A stretch of DNA of 64,000 nt from an uncultured Alphaproteobacteria bacterium (GTDB lineage: Bacteria > Pseudomonadota > Alphaproteobacteria > Rhizobiales > Xanthobacteraceae). The stretch is from assembly GCA_963724715.1 (NCBI GenBank), contig CAVRVV010000009.1:2060578-2124577 (forward strand), in the 5' to 3' direction. Positions 35,254-43,680 of the stretch are shown piece by piece (positions within the stretch are counted from its first letter, which is position 1; the number at the start of each line of letters is the position of its first letter). The notes under the pieces are model-generated. The model was not told where the DNA came from. It saw nothing but the letters and a program-made list of their open reading frames with translations, and searched no databases. The translations under genes and the position numbers were made by a program.

Positions 35254-37827
35254 TTGCGCCCCGGCGGCGATGCATCCTTAGCGATTCTCACCTATCACTT
35301 TGAACGGGCCTCTCATTTCGTCCAGTGGACCGTGACACACGCGACACCAGTACAGGCGTACGGGACTGCGGATGCGCTGGCGAAAGCCGGACATGCGGCC
35401 GTGGCGCGTCTGGCTACGCTGTCGCGGGAATTCGCGCCCGATCTCGGCGTCGTCATCCACGACAATCTGGAGTCTGCGGAAAGCGAGTGGCGCCGCTTCG
35501 AAGACATCGCCGACTGCACCGCGTTCCAAAGTTTCGATTGGCTCGCCACCTGGCACCGGCACATCGGACGGCCCGACGGCGTGCGGCCCGTCATCGTCGT
35601 CGGTTCCTATGCGGATGGCGAGACCGCGTTCATCCTGCCGCTTGCCATCGCCCGCGAGCGTGGCATCAAGCGGCTGTGCTGGTTCGGCCAGGAACAGTGC
35701 GACTATAACGCGCCGCTGTTGGCGCGCGATTTTGCTGAGCGCGTTTCGCCCGAGCGCTTCCTCGCCGCCTGGCGCGCGCTGCGCCAACAGATGCAGCGCG
35801 ACCCCCGGCTGCGCCACGATTGGATCGAGCTGGAGAAGATGCCGCAAATGGTCGGCACCCAGGTCAATCCGTTCCTCTCTCTCGACGTCACCGCCAATGC
35901 CTCCGGCGCGCATCTCACGCAACTCGGCGGCGACTGGGAGAAATTCTATTTCGCCAAGCGCTCGTCGGCGACGCGCCGGCGCGACCGCGCCAAGCGCCGG
36001 CACATGTCGGAATATGGCGAGGTCCGCTTCGTCACCGCGACCGAGATCGACGACGCGCGGCGCACGCTGGAAACGTTGATCGATCAGAAGCACCGCGCCT
36101 TCGCCCGCCGCGGCATTCGCGATATTTTTGCGCGGCCGGGATTGCGCGAATTCTTTCTCGACCTGGCGTCAAATCCGAAAATCCGCCATCGCTTCCACAT
36201 CAGCCGCGTCGAAATCGGCGACACTTGGGCGGCGGCGAATTTCGCCATCCTGTTCGGCGATTGTTATTATCACGTGCTGGCGAGTTACGAAGACGACGCT
36301 GCGGTGTCGCACTTCGGACCCGGTGCGCTGCATCTGCGCGAATTGCTCGCGCACGCGATCAAGCTTAGGCTTCGGCGTTTCGATTTCACCATCGGCGACG
36401 AGCCGTACAAGGACGAATGGTCCGATACCAGCGTCAAACTTTACGATCACAGCGCGGCGGCGACCTGGCGCGGCTGGCCGCTGAGCGCCGCGTCGACGGC
36501 GCGGCGCCGGCTCAAGCGCTTCGTCAAGCAAACGCCGGCGATCTGGAAACTGGTCTCGCGCCTGCGTGCCGCGATCGGTGCGCTCGCGCATCCGAAAGCG
36601 TCGCCGCGGCAAGCCGCCACAACGAGCCCTACCGCCACGGCGCAGCCGCAACCTGCGCTCGCCTGCGTCATGGGCGACATGGATTTGTTGCAGCCGATCG
36701 CGGCGGCCGGCATTCCCTGCGCCGTAGTGACACGGCCGGGCGTGCCCTCGCTCTATTCGCGCTTCGCGCGCGCGCGCCTGCCTTGGGGCGATTTTTCGCA
36801 AAACACCGATGCGCTACTCGATGCGCTTGAGCGCTTCGGCAATGCCCAGCGCGAACGGCCTGTGCTGTTTTATGAAGAGGACGCGCAGCTTTTGTTCATC
36901 TCGCGCCATCGCGAACGGCTGGCAAAATCCTTCCGCTTCGTCATCGCCGATGCAACCCTGGTCGAAGATCTGCTCGACAAGGCGCGGCTCCAGGACTTGG
37001 CGCAGCGCCACGGCTTGCCGGTGCCGCCGGCGCGCCAGTTTCATCCCGTTGCCGTCGAGCCCGATGATCTCGACTTTGCCTTTCCCGTCGTCATTAAGCC
37101 GCTGACCCGCCTTGAGCGCTGGAACGACGTTTTTGGATTGCGCAAAGCGCTTGAGGTCAAGGACATCGATGCGTTGCGGTCACTGTGGCCGCAATTGCTC
37201 GACGCCGGCGTCGACCTTCTGGCGCAGCAGCTGATCCCCGGCGCCGAAGCGCAAATCGAAAGCTATCACTGCTACGTCGATCAGCGCGGCAGCATCGCCG
37301 GCGAGTTCACTGGACGCAAGATTCGCACTTTTCCGGTTGCCTACGGCCACACCACGGCGCTCGAGATCACCAATGCGGCGGACGTGCAACGTCAAGGCCG
37401 CGACATCGTCGAGCGGCTCGGGCTGACCGGCGTCGCCAAGCTCGATTTCAAGCGCGACCAAGCGGGCGCGCTGCATCTGTTGGAGATCAATCCCCGCTTC
37501 ACGCTGTGGCACCACCCGGCCGCCGTCGCCGGCGTCAACATCCCGGCGCTGGTCTATGCGGATTTGACCGGAACGCCGCGGCCGGCGACGACGCCCGCGA
37601 AAGCGGGCGTGCGCTGGTGCCGCGCCTGGAAGGATTTTCCGGCCGCGCGCGCGGCCGGCGTGCCGCTGACGACGTGGTTGCCCTGGGCGATCGGTTGCGA
37701 GGCAAAATCGGCGCTGTCGTGGAGCGACCCGATGCCGGTTCTGCGCTCGACGCTGCATCGCCTTTTGCCTGGAAACGGCGGACAAAAGCCTGCGCAACCG
37801 GGCGCATGGAGATGGAGCGATCTGTGA
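35254..37827 (+). CDS. fusion protein: CelD/BcsL-like GNAT acyltransferase domain (N-terminal) plus ATP-grasp domain (C-terminal)
   Basis: A single 857-codon ORF. The start is uncertain: TTG at 35254 or GTG at 35332. The N-terminal half has CelD-like features (FQSFDWLATWHRH, RVEIGDTWAAANFAILFGDCYYHVLASY, GDEPYKDEW). The C-terminal half has an ATP-grasp layout (FPVVIKPL, LLAQQLIPG, AKLDFKRD..GALHLLEINPRFTLWH). Confidence 0.75.
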   Translation: MRPGGDASLAILTYHFERASHFVQWTVTHATPVQAYGTADALAKAGHAAVARLATLSREFAPDLGVVIHDNLESAESEWRRFEDIADCTAFQSFDWLATWHRHIGRPDGVRPVIVVGSYADGETAFILPLAIARERGIKRLCWFGQEQCDYNAPLLARDFAERVSPERFLAAWRALRQQMQRDPRLRHDWIELEKMPQMVGTQVNPFLSLDVTANASGAHLTQLGGDWEKFYFAKRSSATRRRDRAKRRHMSEYGEVRFVTATEIDDARRTLETLIDQKHRAFARRGIRDIFARPGLREFFLDLASNPKIRHRFHISRVEIGDTWAAANFAILFGDCYYHVLASYEDDAAVSHFGPGALHLRELLAHAIKLRLRRFDFTIGDEPYKDEWSDTSVKLYDHSAAATWRGWPLSAASTARRRLKRFVKQTPAIWKLVSRLRAAIGALAHPKASPRQAATTSPTATAQPQPALACVMGDMDLLQPIAAAGIPCAVVTRPGVPSLYSRFARARLPWGDFSQNTDALLDALERFGNAQRERPVLFYEEDAQLLFISRHRERLAKSFRFVIADATLVEDLLDKARLQDLAQRHGLPVPPARQFHPVAVEPDDLDFAFPVVIKPLTRLERWNDVFGLRKALEVKDIDALRSLWPQLLDAGVDLLAQQLIPGAEAQIESYHCYVDQRGSIAGEFTGRKIRTFPVAYGHTTALEITNAADVQRQGRDIVERLGLTGVAKLDFKRDQAGALHLLEINPRFTLWHHPAAVAGVNIPALVYADLTGTPRPATTPAKAGVRWCRAWKDFPAARAAGVPLTTWLPWAIGCEAKSALSWSDPMPVLRSTLHRLLPGNGGQKPAQPGAWRWSDL

Positions 37828-38597
37828 GGCTCGCGCTCATATCCGACATTCACGCCAATCTCGAGGCGCTGGAGGCGACGTTCTACGACATTGCCGAACG
37901 CTCGATCGACCGCATCGTCTGCCTCGGCGATATCGTCGGTTACAATAGCGACGCCGCCGCTTGCATCGCGCTGATCCGCGGCGCCGACTGCGTGTGTGTC
38001 GCCGGCAATCATGATCTCGCCGTCTGCGGCCGGATCACGACGCGCAAGTTCTCGAGCGCCGCCGCGCGTGCCGTCGCCTGGACGCGCGAGCAATTGAGCG
38101 ACGACGATCTCGATTTTCTGGAAAACCTGCCGCTCAAGGCCAATATCGGCAACCGCCTCATCGCCGTGCACGGCGCGCTGCATCCCGAGACCGGCTGCGA
38201 AAGCGTGCGGCTCGACAACGATAACAACCGGAAGCAAAGTTTTGACGCGCTGATGACGCATCCGTCCGGCGCGCGCATCTGCGCCTTCGGCCATACGCAC
38301 CACGCCGCGGTCTACGAGTTGCGGGGAAATCGCGTGGCGATGAGCGCGGAAGAGCACGTCCAACTGCGCGACACGTCGTATTACCTGATCAATCCGGGCA
38401 CGATCGGCGAGCCGCGTTCGGCCGAACGCCGCGCCACCTACATGATCCTCGATCTGGCGCGCCGCACCGTGACGACGCGCTACGTCGATTATCAGGCATC
38501 GGCCGAGTTCGCCGCCACGCATCGGCCCGGGCTTGCTTCGCGTTTTGGCCTGGCGGGGTTTGGCCTGGCGAGCTTGGCAAGCCGATGGCGCGGCTAA
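37806..38597 (+). CDS. metallophosphoesterase family protein
   Basis: The reading frame of ORF 37185..38597. Start is the ATG at 37806 or the GTG at 37824, both overlapping the upstream stop at 37825-37827. Motifs are LISDIHAN, GDIVGYN, GNHD and GHTH. Confidence 0.82.
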   Translation: MEMERSVRLALISDIHANLEALEATFYDIAERSIDRIVCLGDIVGYNSDAAACIALIRGADCVCVAGNHDLAVCGRITTRKFSSAAARAVAWTREQLSDDDLDFLENLPLKANIGNRLIAVHGALHPETGCESVRLDNDNNRKQSFDALMTHPSGARICAFGHTHHAAVYELRGNRVAMSAEEHVQLRDTSYYLINPGTIGEPRSAERRATYMILDLARRTVTTRYVDYQASAEFAATHRPGLASRFGLAGFGLASLASRWRG

Positions 38598-38610
38598 CCG
38601 CGTTTTCGCG

Positions 38611-39096
38611 TTAGCGGTCGGTCCGATCGAGATTTTCCGTCATCCGCGCAACGATGCGCCGGAACGCGGCGAGATCGCGCGGCGCGATGCCCTCCTCCGC
38701 TTCGTCAGTGATGGTTCGCGCCACCGTCAGCAATTCGCCGCGTAGCCGCTTTGCCTTCGCGGTGAGGAAAACCAGCACCTTGCGGCGGTCGTCGTCGCCG
38801 CGCACGCGGCGGATCAGCCCGGATTTCTCCATGCTACGCAGCGCGATCACCGTGGTCGGCTCCATCATGCCGACCCGCGCCGACAATTCACGTTGTGAGA
38901 GCCCGTCGGTGATCCACAACACGCGCAGAAAATACCATTGGCCGCGGGTGACGCCGTAGGCGGCGATCCGCCGTTCCAAGAGCCGCTGAAAGGCGCGGTG
39001 CGCGTCGCGCACCAGATATCCGGAACTTAGTCGCGGCGGGAACTCGACGGCGTGACGCGGCGGCAGCTTGGTTTTCGATAGGGGGCGCGGCGGCAT
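38611..39096 (-). CDS. MarR family transcriptional regulator
   Basis: 161-aa ORF reading GVTRGQWYFLRVLWITDGLSQRELSARVGMMEPTTVIALRSMEKSGLIRRVRGDDDRRKVLVFLT. Confidence 0.85.
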   Translation of the reverse strand: MPPRPLSKTKLPPRHAVEFPPRLSSGYLVRDAHRAFQRLLERRIAAYGVTRGQWYFLRVLWITDGLSQRELSARVGMMEPTTVIALRSMEKSGLIRRVRGDDDRRKVLVFLTAKAKRLRGELLTVARTITDEAEEGIAPRDLAAFRRIVARMTENLDRTDR

Positions 39097-39101
39097 CGGC
39101 G

Positions 39102-39130
39102 TTGACAGGTCGCGGTGCGTTTCCGATAAT
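39102..39130 (+). promoter_or_regulatory. near-consensus sigma-70-type promoter TTGACA-N17-GATAAT for the UbiD-like gene
   Basis: TTGACA is at 39102-39107 and GATAAT at 39125-39130, with a 17-nt spacer. It lies 6 nt from the divergent marR start codon. Confidence 0.6.
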
Positions 39131-39148
39131 TACTTAGAAATCTATGCA

Positions 39149-40751
39149 ATGGGAACGCCGACAATGCAACAGCCGCTGCGTAAGGAACAACAACAAACGC
39201 CCCCGACGCCGAACCAGGCCTTCGACCTGCGCGCGACGCTCGAATGGCTGCGCGCCGCCGGCGAATTGATCGAGACCGACAAGGAGGTCGATCCCGACCT
39301 GCAGGTCACCGGCCTGCAGAAGCACATGGACGGCGGCTGTCCGATCCTGTTCAACAACGTCAAGGGCAAGCCGAACCACAGGGTCATCACCAATCTGTTC
39401 GGCGACATTTCGATCATCAACCGCATGTTCGGCTGGAAAGACGACGCCGAGCGCGTGAGGAAGCTGGCGCACGCGCTGTCGCATCCGCTCAAGCCGGTCG
39501 AGATCGCGCAGAGCGAAGCGCCGTGCCAGGAATTCGTCGTCGAGAAGCCTGACGACGTCAACAAATGGATGGTGCCGATCCGTCACACCACCTACGAGCC
39601 CGAGCTCACCGTCGGCTCCGGCATCCGCTGCGTCACCGGCGCGCAATTCGATGGCGGCTCCGACCTCGGCTACAACCGCATGAATTTCCGCTGGGGCAAT
39701 GTCGGCACGTTCCAGATCTCGCCGGGCTCGCATATGTGGCAGGTGGTCAACAAATATTACAAGGAAGACCAGCCGGTGCCGATCACCATGTGCTTCGGCG
39801 TGCCACCGGCGTGCACGCTGATGGCCGGCGCCGGCTTCGACTATGCGGTGCTGCCGATGGGTTGCGACGAGATCGGCATCGCGTCCGCGGTGCAGGGCGC
39901 GCCGATCCGGCTTGTGAAAGCGCGCACCGTCGACGCCATGGCGCTGGCCGATTGCGAACTGGTGCTCGAAGGCTATGTCAATCCGCGCGACCGCCGCTTC
40001 GAGACCAAGGAAGCCGAAGATGCCGGCGTGCAGGGCCGCTATCACTTCCACCCCGAATGGGCCGGCTACATGGGCAAGTCCTACAAGGCGCCGACCTTCC
40101 ACGTCACCGGCATCACCATGCGCAAGCCGGAGATCCAAGCCGATCATCTTTGCGCTCGGCGTCCACATGCTCGACGACCACAATATCGACACCACCGTGC
40201 GCGAGGCGGCGATCTACGAGCTGTGCAACCGGCTGCAGCCGGGCATCGTGCAGAACGTGGTGATCCCCTACTGCATGACCGATTGGGGCGGCTGCATCAT
40301 CCAGGTGAAGAAGCGCCACCAGATCGACGAAGGCTGGCAGCGCAATTTCATGGCCGCCGCGCTGTCGTGCTCGCAAGGCATGCGGCTTGCCATCGCGGTC
40401 AGCGAGGATGTCGATCCCTATTCGATGGACGACATCATGTGGTGCCTGACCACGCGGGTGAACCCGCGCACCGATATCTTGAACCCGATCCCCGGCGGCC
40501 GTGGCCAGACCTTCATGCCGGCCGAGCGCATGACCGCGGGTGACCGGCAATGGACCGCGTCCAACACCCAGTTCGAGGGCGGCATGGGCATCGATGCCAC
40601 GGTGCCGTTCGGTTACGAGAGCGACTTTTTGCGTCCGGTCTATCCGGTCGACAAGGTGAAGCCGGAGGATTGGTTCTCCAAAGAGGACATCGCCAACGCC
40701 AAAAAGCGCATGCACGGCTGGGTGAATTCGCTGGCGCGGACCGGGAGATAA
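39149..40751 (+). pseudogene. UbiD family decarboxylase-like protein with a frame disruption near 40130-40136
   Basis: The N-terminal 330 codons are in ORF 39068..40543 (start ATG at 39149, or 39164). The C-terminal part KPIIFALGVHMLDDHNIDTTVREAAIYELCNRL... is in ORF 39975..40751. The junction reads ITMRKPE / KPIIFALG. Confidence 0.78.
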
Positions 40752-40753
40752 GT

Positions 40754-40835
40754 TGTAGCCCGGGTTGAGCGGAGCGAAACCCGGGATTCGACCGCGAGGC
40801 TTCCCCGGATTTCGCTCCGCTTAATCCGGGCTACA
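40754..40835. repeat. REP-like palindromic element, family B, copy 1
   Basis: TGTAGCCCGGGTTGAGCGGAGCGAAACCCGGG ... CCCCGGATTTCGCTCCGCTTAATCCGGGCTACA. Confidence 0.8.
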
Positions 40836-40853
40836 GTCCAAAGGGAGTGAGTC

Positions 40854-41240
40854 ATGCGAAAATCGATCACAGGCGCGATCGCTGCGAGCATTCTCTCGAT
40901 CTGCGTCGCAACAGCGCTGGCGCAAACGGCGCCGGCGAAGAGCGCCGATACGGCCAAGGGCAAAGCCCTGGTCGACGCCAAGGGCCTGACGCTCTACACG
41001 TTCGACCGCGATGCCGCCGGCAAATCGAACTGCAACGGCCAATGCGCCACCAATTGGCCGCCGCTGCTGGCCGGCGCCGACGCCAAGGCATCGGGCGACT
41101 GGACCATCGTCACCCGCGACGACGGCGGCAAGCAATGGGCCTACAAGGGCAAGCCGCTCTATGAGTTTGCCAAGGATACCAAGCCGGGCGACGTGACCGG
41201 CGACGGCGTCAACAGCGTCTGGCACATCGCGGCGCCGTAA
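40854..41240 (+). CDS. secreted protein/lipoprotein with Yx(FWY)xxD motif (COG4315-like)
   Basis: A signal peptide, then TLYTFDRD, CNGQCATNWPPL and KPLYEFAKD repeats. Confidence 0.8.
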   Translation: MRKSITGAIAASILSICVATALAQTAPAKSADTAKGKALVDAKGLTLYTFDRDAAGKSNCNGQCATNWPPLLAGADAKASGDWTIVTRDDGGKQWAYKGKPLYEFAKDTKPGDVTGDGVNSVWHIAAP

Positions 41241-41322
41241 GCTCCGCCGCGCTGTTTGCGATCAAACAATGCTGCACCGGCGCAGAAAGCGGCCTTGATC
41301 GCTGTAAAAAAAGAGACACCGG

Positions 41323-41934
41323 ATGCCCGAAACATCCGATCGGCGCCTCTATTTCCCCCACGTCGCGCGCAACCGCGAGCCGATCCTCGAAGTTTTGCGG
41401 CGCGTGCTGCCGCGCCAAGGCCTGGTGCTCGAAATCGCCAGCGGCGGCGGCGAACATGCGGCTTACTTTGCGAGCAATCTCCCCGGCGTGATCTGGCAGC
41501 CGACCGACGCCAATTCCGAAATGTTCGAGAGCATCGCCGCGCACCGCGCCGCTGCCGGCGTCGCCAACTTGCTTGAGCCGCTCCATCTTGACGTGGCGGC
41601 GGAGCAATGGCCGGTCGAACGGGTCGACGCGATGGTCTGCTGCAACATGATTCACATCGCGCCTTGGGCCGCCACCGAAGGCCTCATCGCCGGCGCGGGG
41701 CGAACGCTCCGACGCGGTGCGCCACTTTATCTCTACGGTCCTTTTAAGGTCGAAGGCCGGCACACTGCGCCGAGCAATGAGGACTTCGACACCAGTTTGC
41801 GCGCGCGAAATCCACTATGGGGCGTGCGCGATCTCACCGACGTGTCGAGCCTGGCGAAGCGTCACGGCTTTGCGCTTGCCGAAACCGTGCCGATGCCTGC
41901 CAACAATTTCAGCGTCATTTTTCGGCGCGCGTAG
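41323..41934 (+). CDS. DUF938 domain protein (SAM-methyltransferase-like fold)
   Basis: The sequence RNREPILEVLRRVLPRQGLVLEIASGGGEHAAYFA, CNMIHIAPW and LYLYGPF is typical of DUF938. Confidence 0.8.
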   Translation: MPETSDRRLYFPHVARNREPILEVLRRVLPRQGLVLEIASGGGEHAAYFASNLPGVIWQPTDANSEMFESIAAHRAAAGVANLLEPLHLDVAAEQWPVERVDAMVCCNMIHIAPWAATEGLIAGAGRTLRRGAPLYLYGPFKVEGRHTAPSNEDFDTSLRARNPLWGVRDLTDVSSLAKRHGFALAETVPMPANNFSVIFRRA

Positions 41935-41950
41935 CTGATAAGCCGCCGCG

Positions 41951-43625
41951 TCACGCCGGCATATTCGACGGCCAATGCAGCGTATAAAACTCGACAGGCT
42001 CCATCCGGCCTTTGACCGGCGCCTGCCGCAATTCGCAGCCCTCGATGTCGAGGCCGCCGGCTTCGGCCGCCGGACGCGACACGATCATCACGCAATCGAA
42101 TTCCTTGGTCAGGCTTTCCAGCCGCGCGCAGGTGTTCACCGTATCGCCTATTGCGGTGATGATTTGCGAGCGCGGCGGCCCCATGGCGCCGACGATGGCT
42201 TCGCCGTAATGGATGCCGATGCCGATCCGCAGCGGCTCCTTGAGATCGTTGCGCAGCCGGTAGTTCAGCTGATCGAGGGCCGCCAGCATCTCGCGCGCGC
42301 CGCGCAGCGCATCGGCCGCGCCGCGCGTCGGATCGTCTTCGTATAGCCCGTAGAGCGCCATCAAGCCGTCGCCGGTGAATTGCGAATAGTGGCCGTTGGT
42401 CGCGACCAGCGCCTTGGTCATGTCGTGGAAAAACTGATTGAGGATGAACAGCACGTCATAAGGCAGCTTGGCCTCGCCCAACGTGGTCGAGCCGCGCATG
42501 TCGACGAACACCACGGTGATCGGGCGCTCGCGCCCCTCGAGCCCGCCGCGCACCGTGCCGTCGATGGCGCCGGCGTCCGCGGCCAGAAGCGGCATCACGG
42601 CGATGTCGGCGACGGGGCGAATCTGGCAAGCGAGCCGCATGCCCGGCGTGCCGCCGATGCGCTCGAGCGCGATCGCCTCCAGGCCCGACGCGGCGGGAAG
42701 CCGGTCGAGGCCCTTGGTCACCAGGATGCGGCAGGTGGTGCAGCGCGCCCGGCCGCCGCACACCGAGGCGTGTGCAATGCCGTTCTCACGCAGCGTCTCC
42801 AGCACCGTCGCTCCAGGCAGGATCGGCACGCTGCGTCCGCCCGCATGCGCCAGCATCGGCGGCCGGCGGCGGCGATGATACCAGCCGCGGATGCCGCGCG
42901 CGGCAAACGGCAACAGCACGAGCCCGGCATAAATGCCCCAGCCGGCGTATTCGATCCGGTGGACACCGACCACAGCCTCTTGGGTGACGTTGGCATCCTC
43001 GATCGAACTCGCGGACATAATCCGGATCTTTTGCCTCGCGCAGCACCTCGTTGCCGGCCGAGACGTAGCCGGCCAGCGCCAACGCCGGCAGCAGCAGCGC
43101 TATTCCGAACAGCCAGATGCGCACGTCCGGATACCAGACCTTGGTACGCAGCCAGAAATGAATGCCGATGCAGGCATGGGTCCATACCGTGAGCACGCCC
43201 AGCACCTGCAGCACGCCGAGCCAGGGCGCGAACAGCCACTGCGTGAGCAGCACCGTGTTGTAGTAGCTCGTGACGTCGAAGGCGCTGGCGGCAACGCGCG
43301 TCGCCGAGACGTGCGGGATCAGAAGCGCGGGAATGCACAGGCCGAGCAGGAGCTGCGCCCATTCCCAGCGGATCAGGCGGAGCGAACGCCGGATATAGAT
43401 CGACCACAAGGCGTTGCTGAAGTGGACGACGAAGGCTGTCGCCAGCAGCACCGTGCCGGCCAAGGTCCGCCAGGGAAACATCAGAAAGTCGAGCACCTTG
43501 CCGGCGGTCTCCAGCGACACCAGCAGGAACGCATGCGCGGTGAGATGGCAGATCACGAACGAAAGCATCACCAGCGCGCTGGCCAGCCGCAGGCTGCTTC
43601 TGGAAATTGCATGTTTCCAAGTCAT
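41951..43625 (-). pseudogene. membrane (multi-His TM domain) + 2Fe-2S ferredoxin + class III adenylate/guanylate cyclase protein with a frame disruption near 42990-43020
   Basis: The TM domain is in ORF 42786..43847, trimmed to the ATG at 43625 (MTWKHAISRSS...). The ferredoxin (VCGGRARCTTC...LACQ) and cyclase (ITVVFVDMRGST...FTGDGLMALYG...IGDTVNTCARLES) are in ORF 41951..43018. The junction reads ...EAKDPDYV / SIEDANVTQE. Confidence 0.78.
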
Positions 43626-43680
43626 GCCCGCGTTCCCGCATCGAGCGTCAGCACGTCTCGGCGTAGCACAATAACCAGGA

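Noticed and set aside
39131-39147. An Irr/ICE-like half-site (CTTAGAAATCTATGCAA) in the marR/UbiD spacer.
   Set aside because: Only one half of the TTTAGAA-N3-TTCTAAA palindrome is approximated, and the second half is absent.
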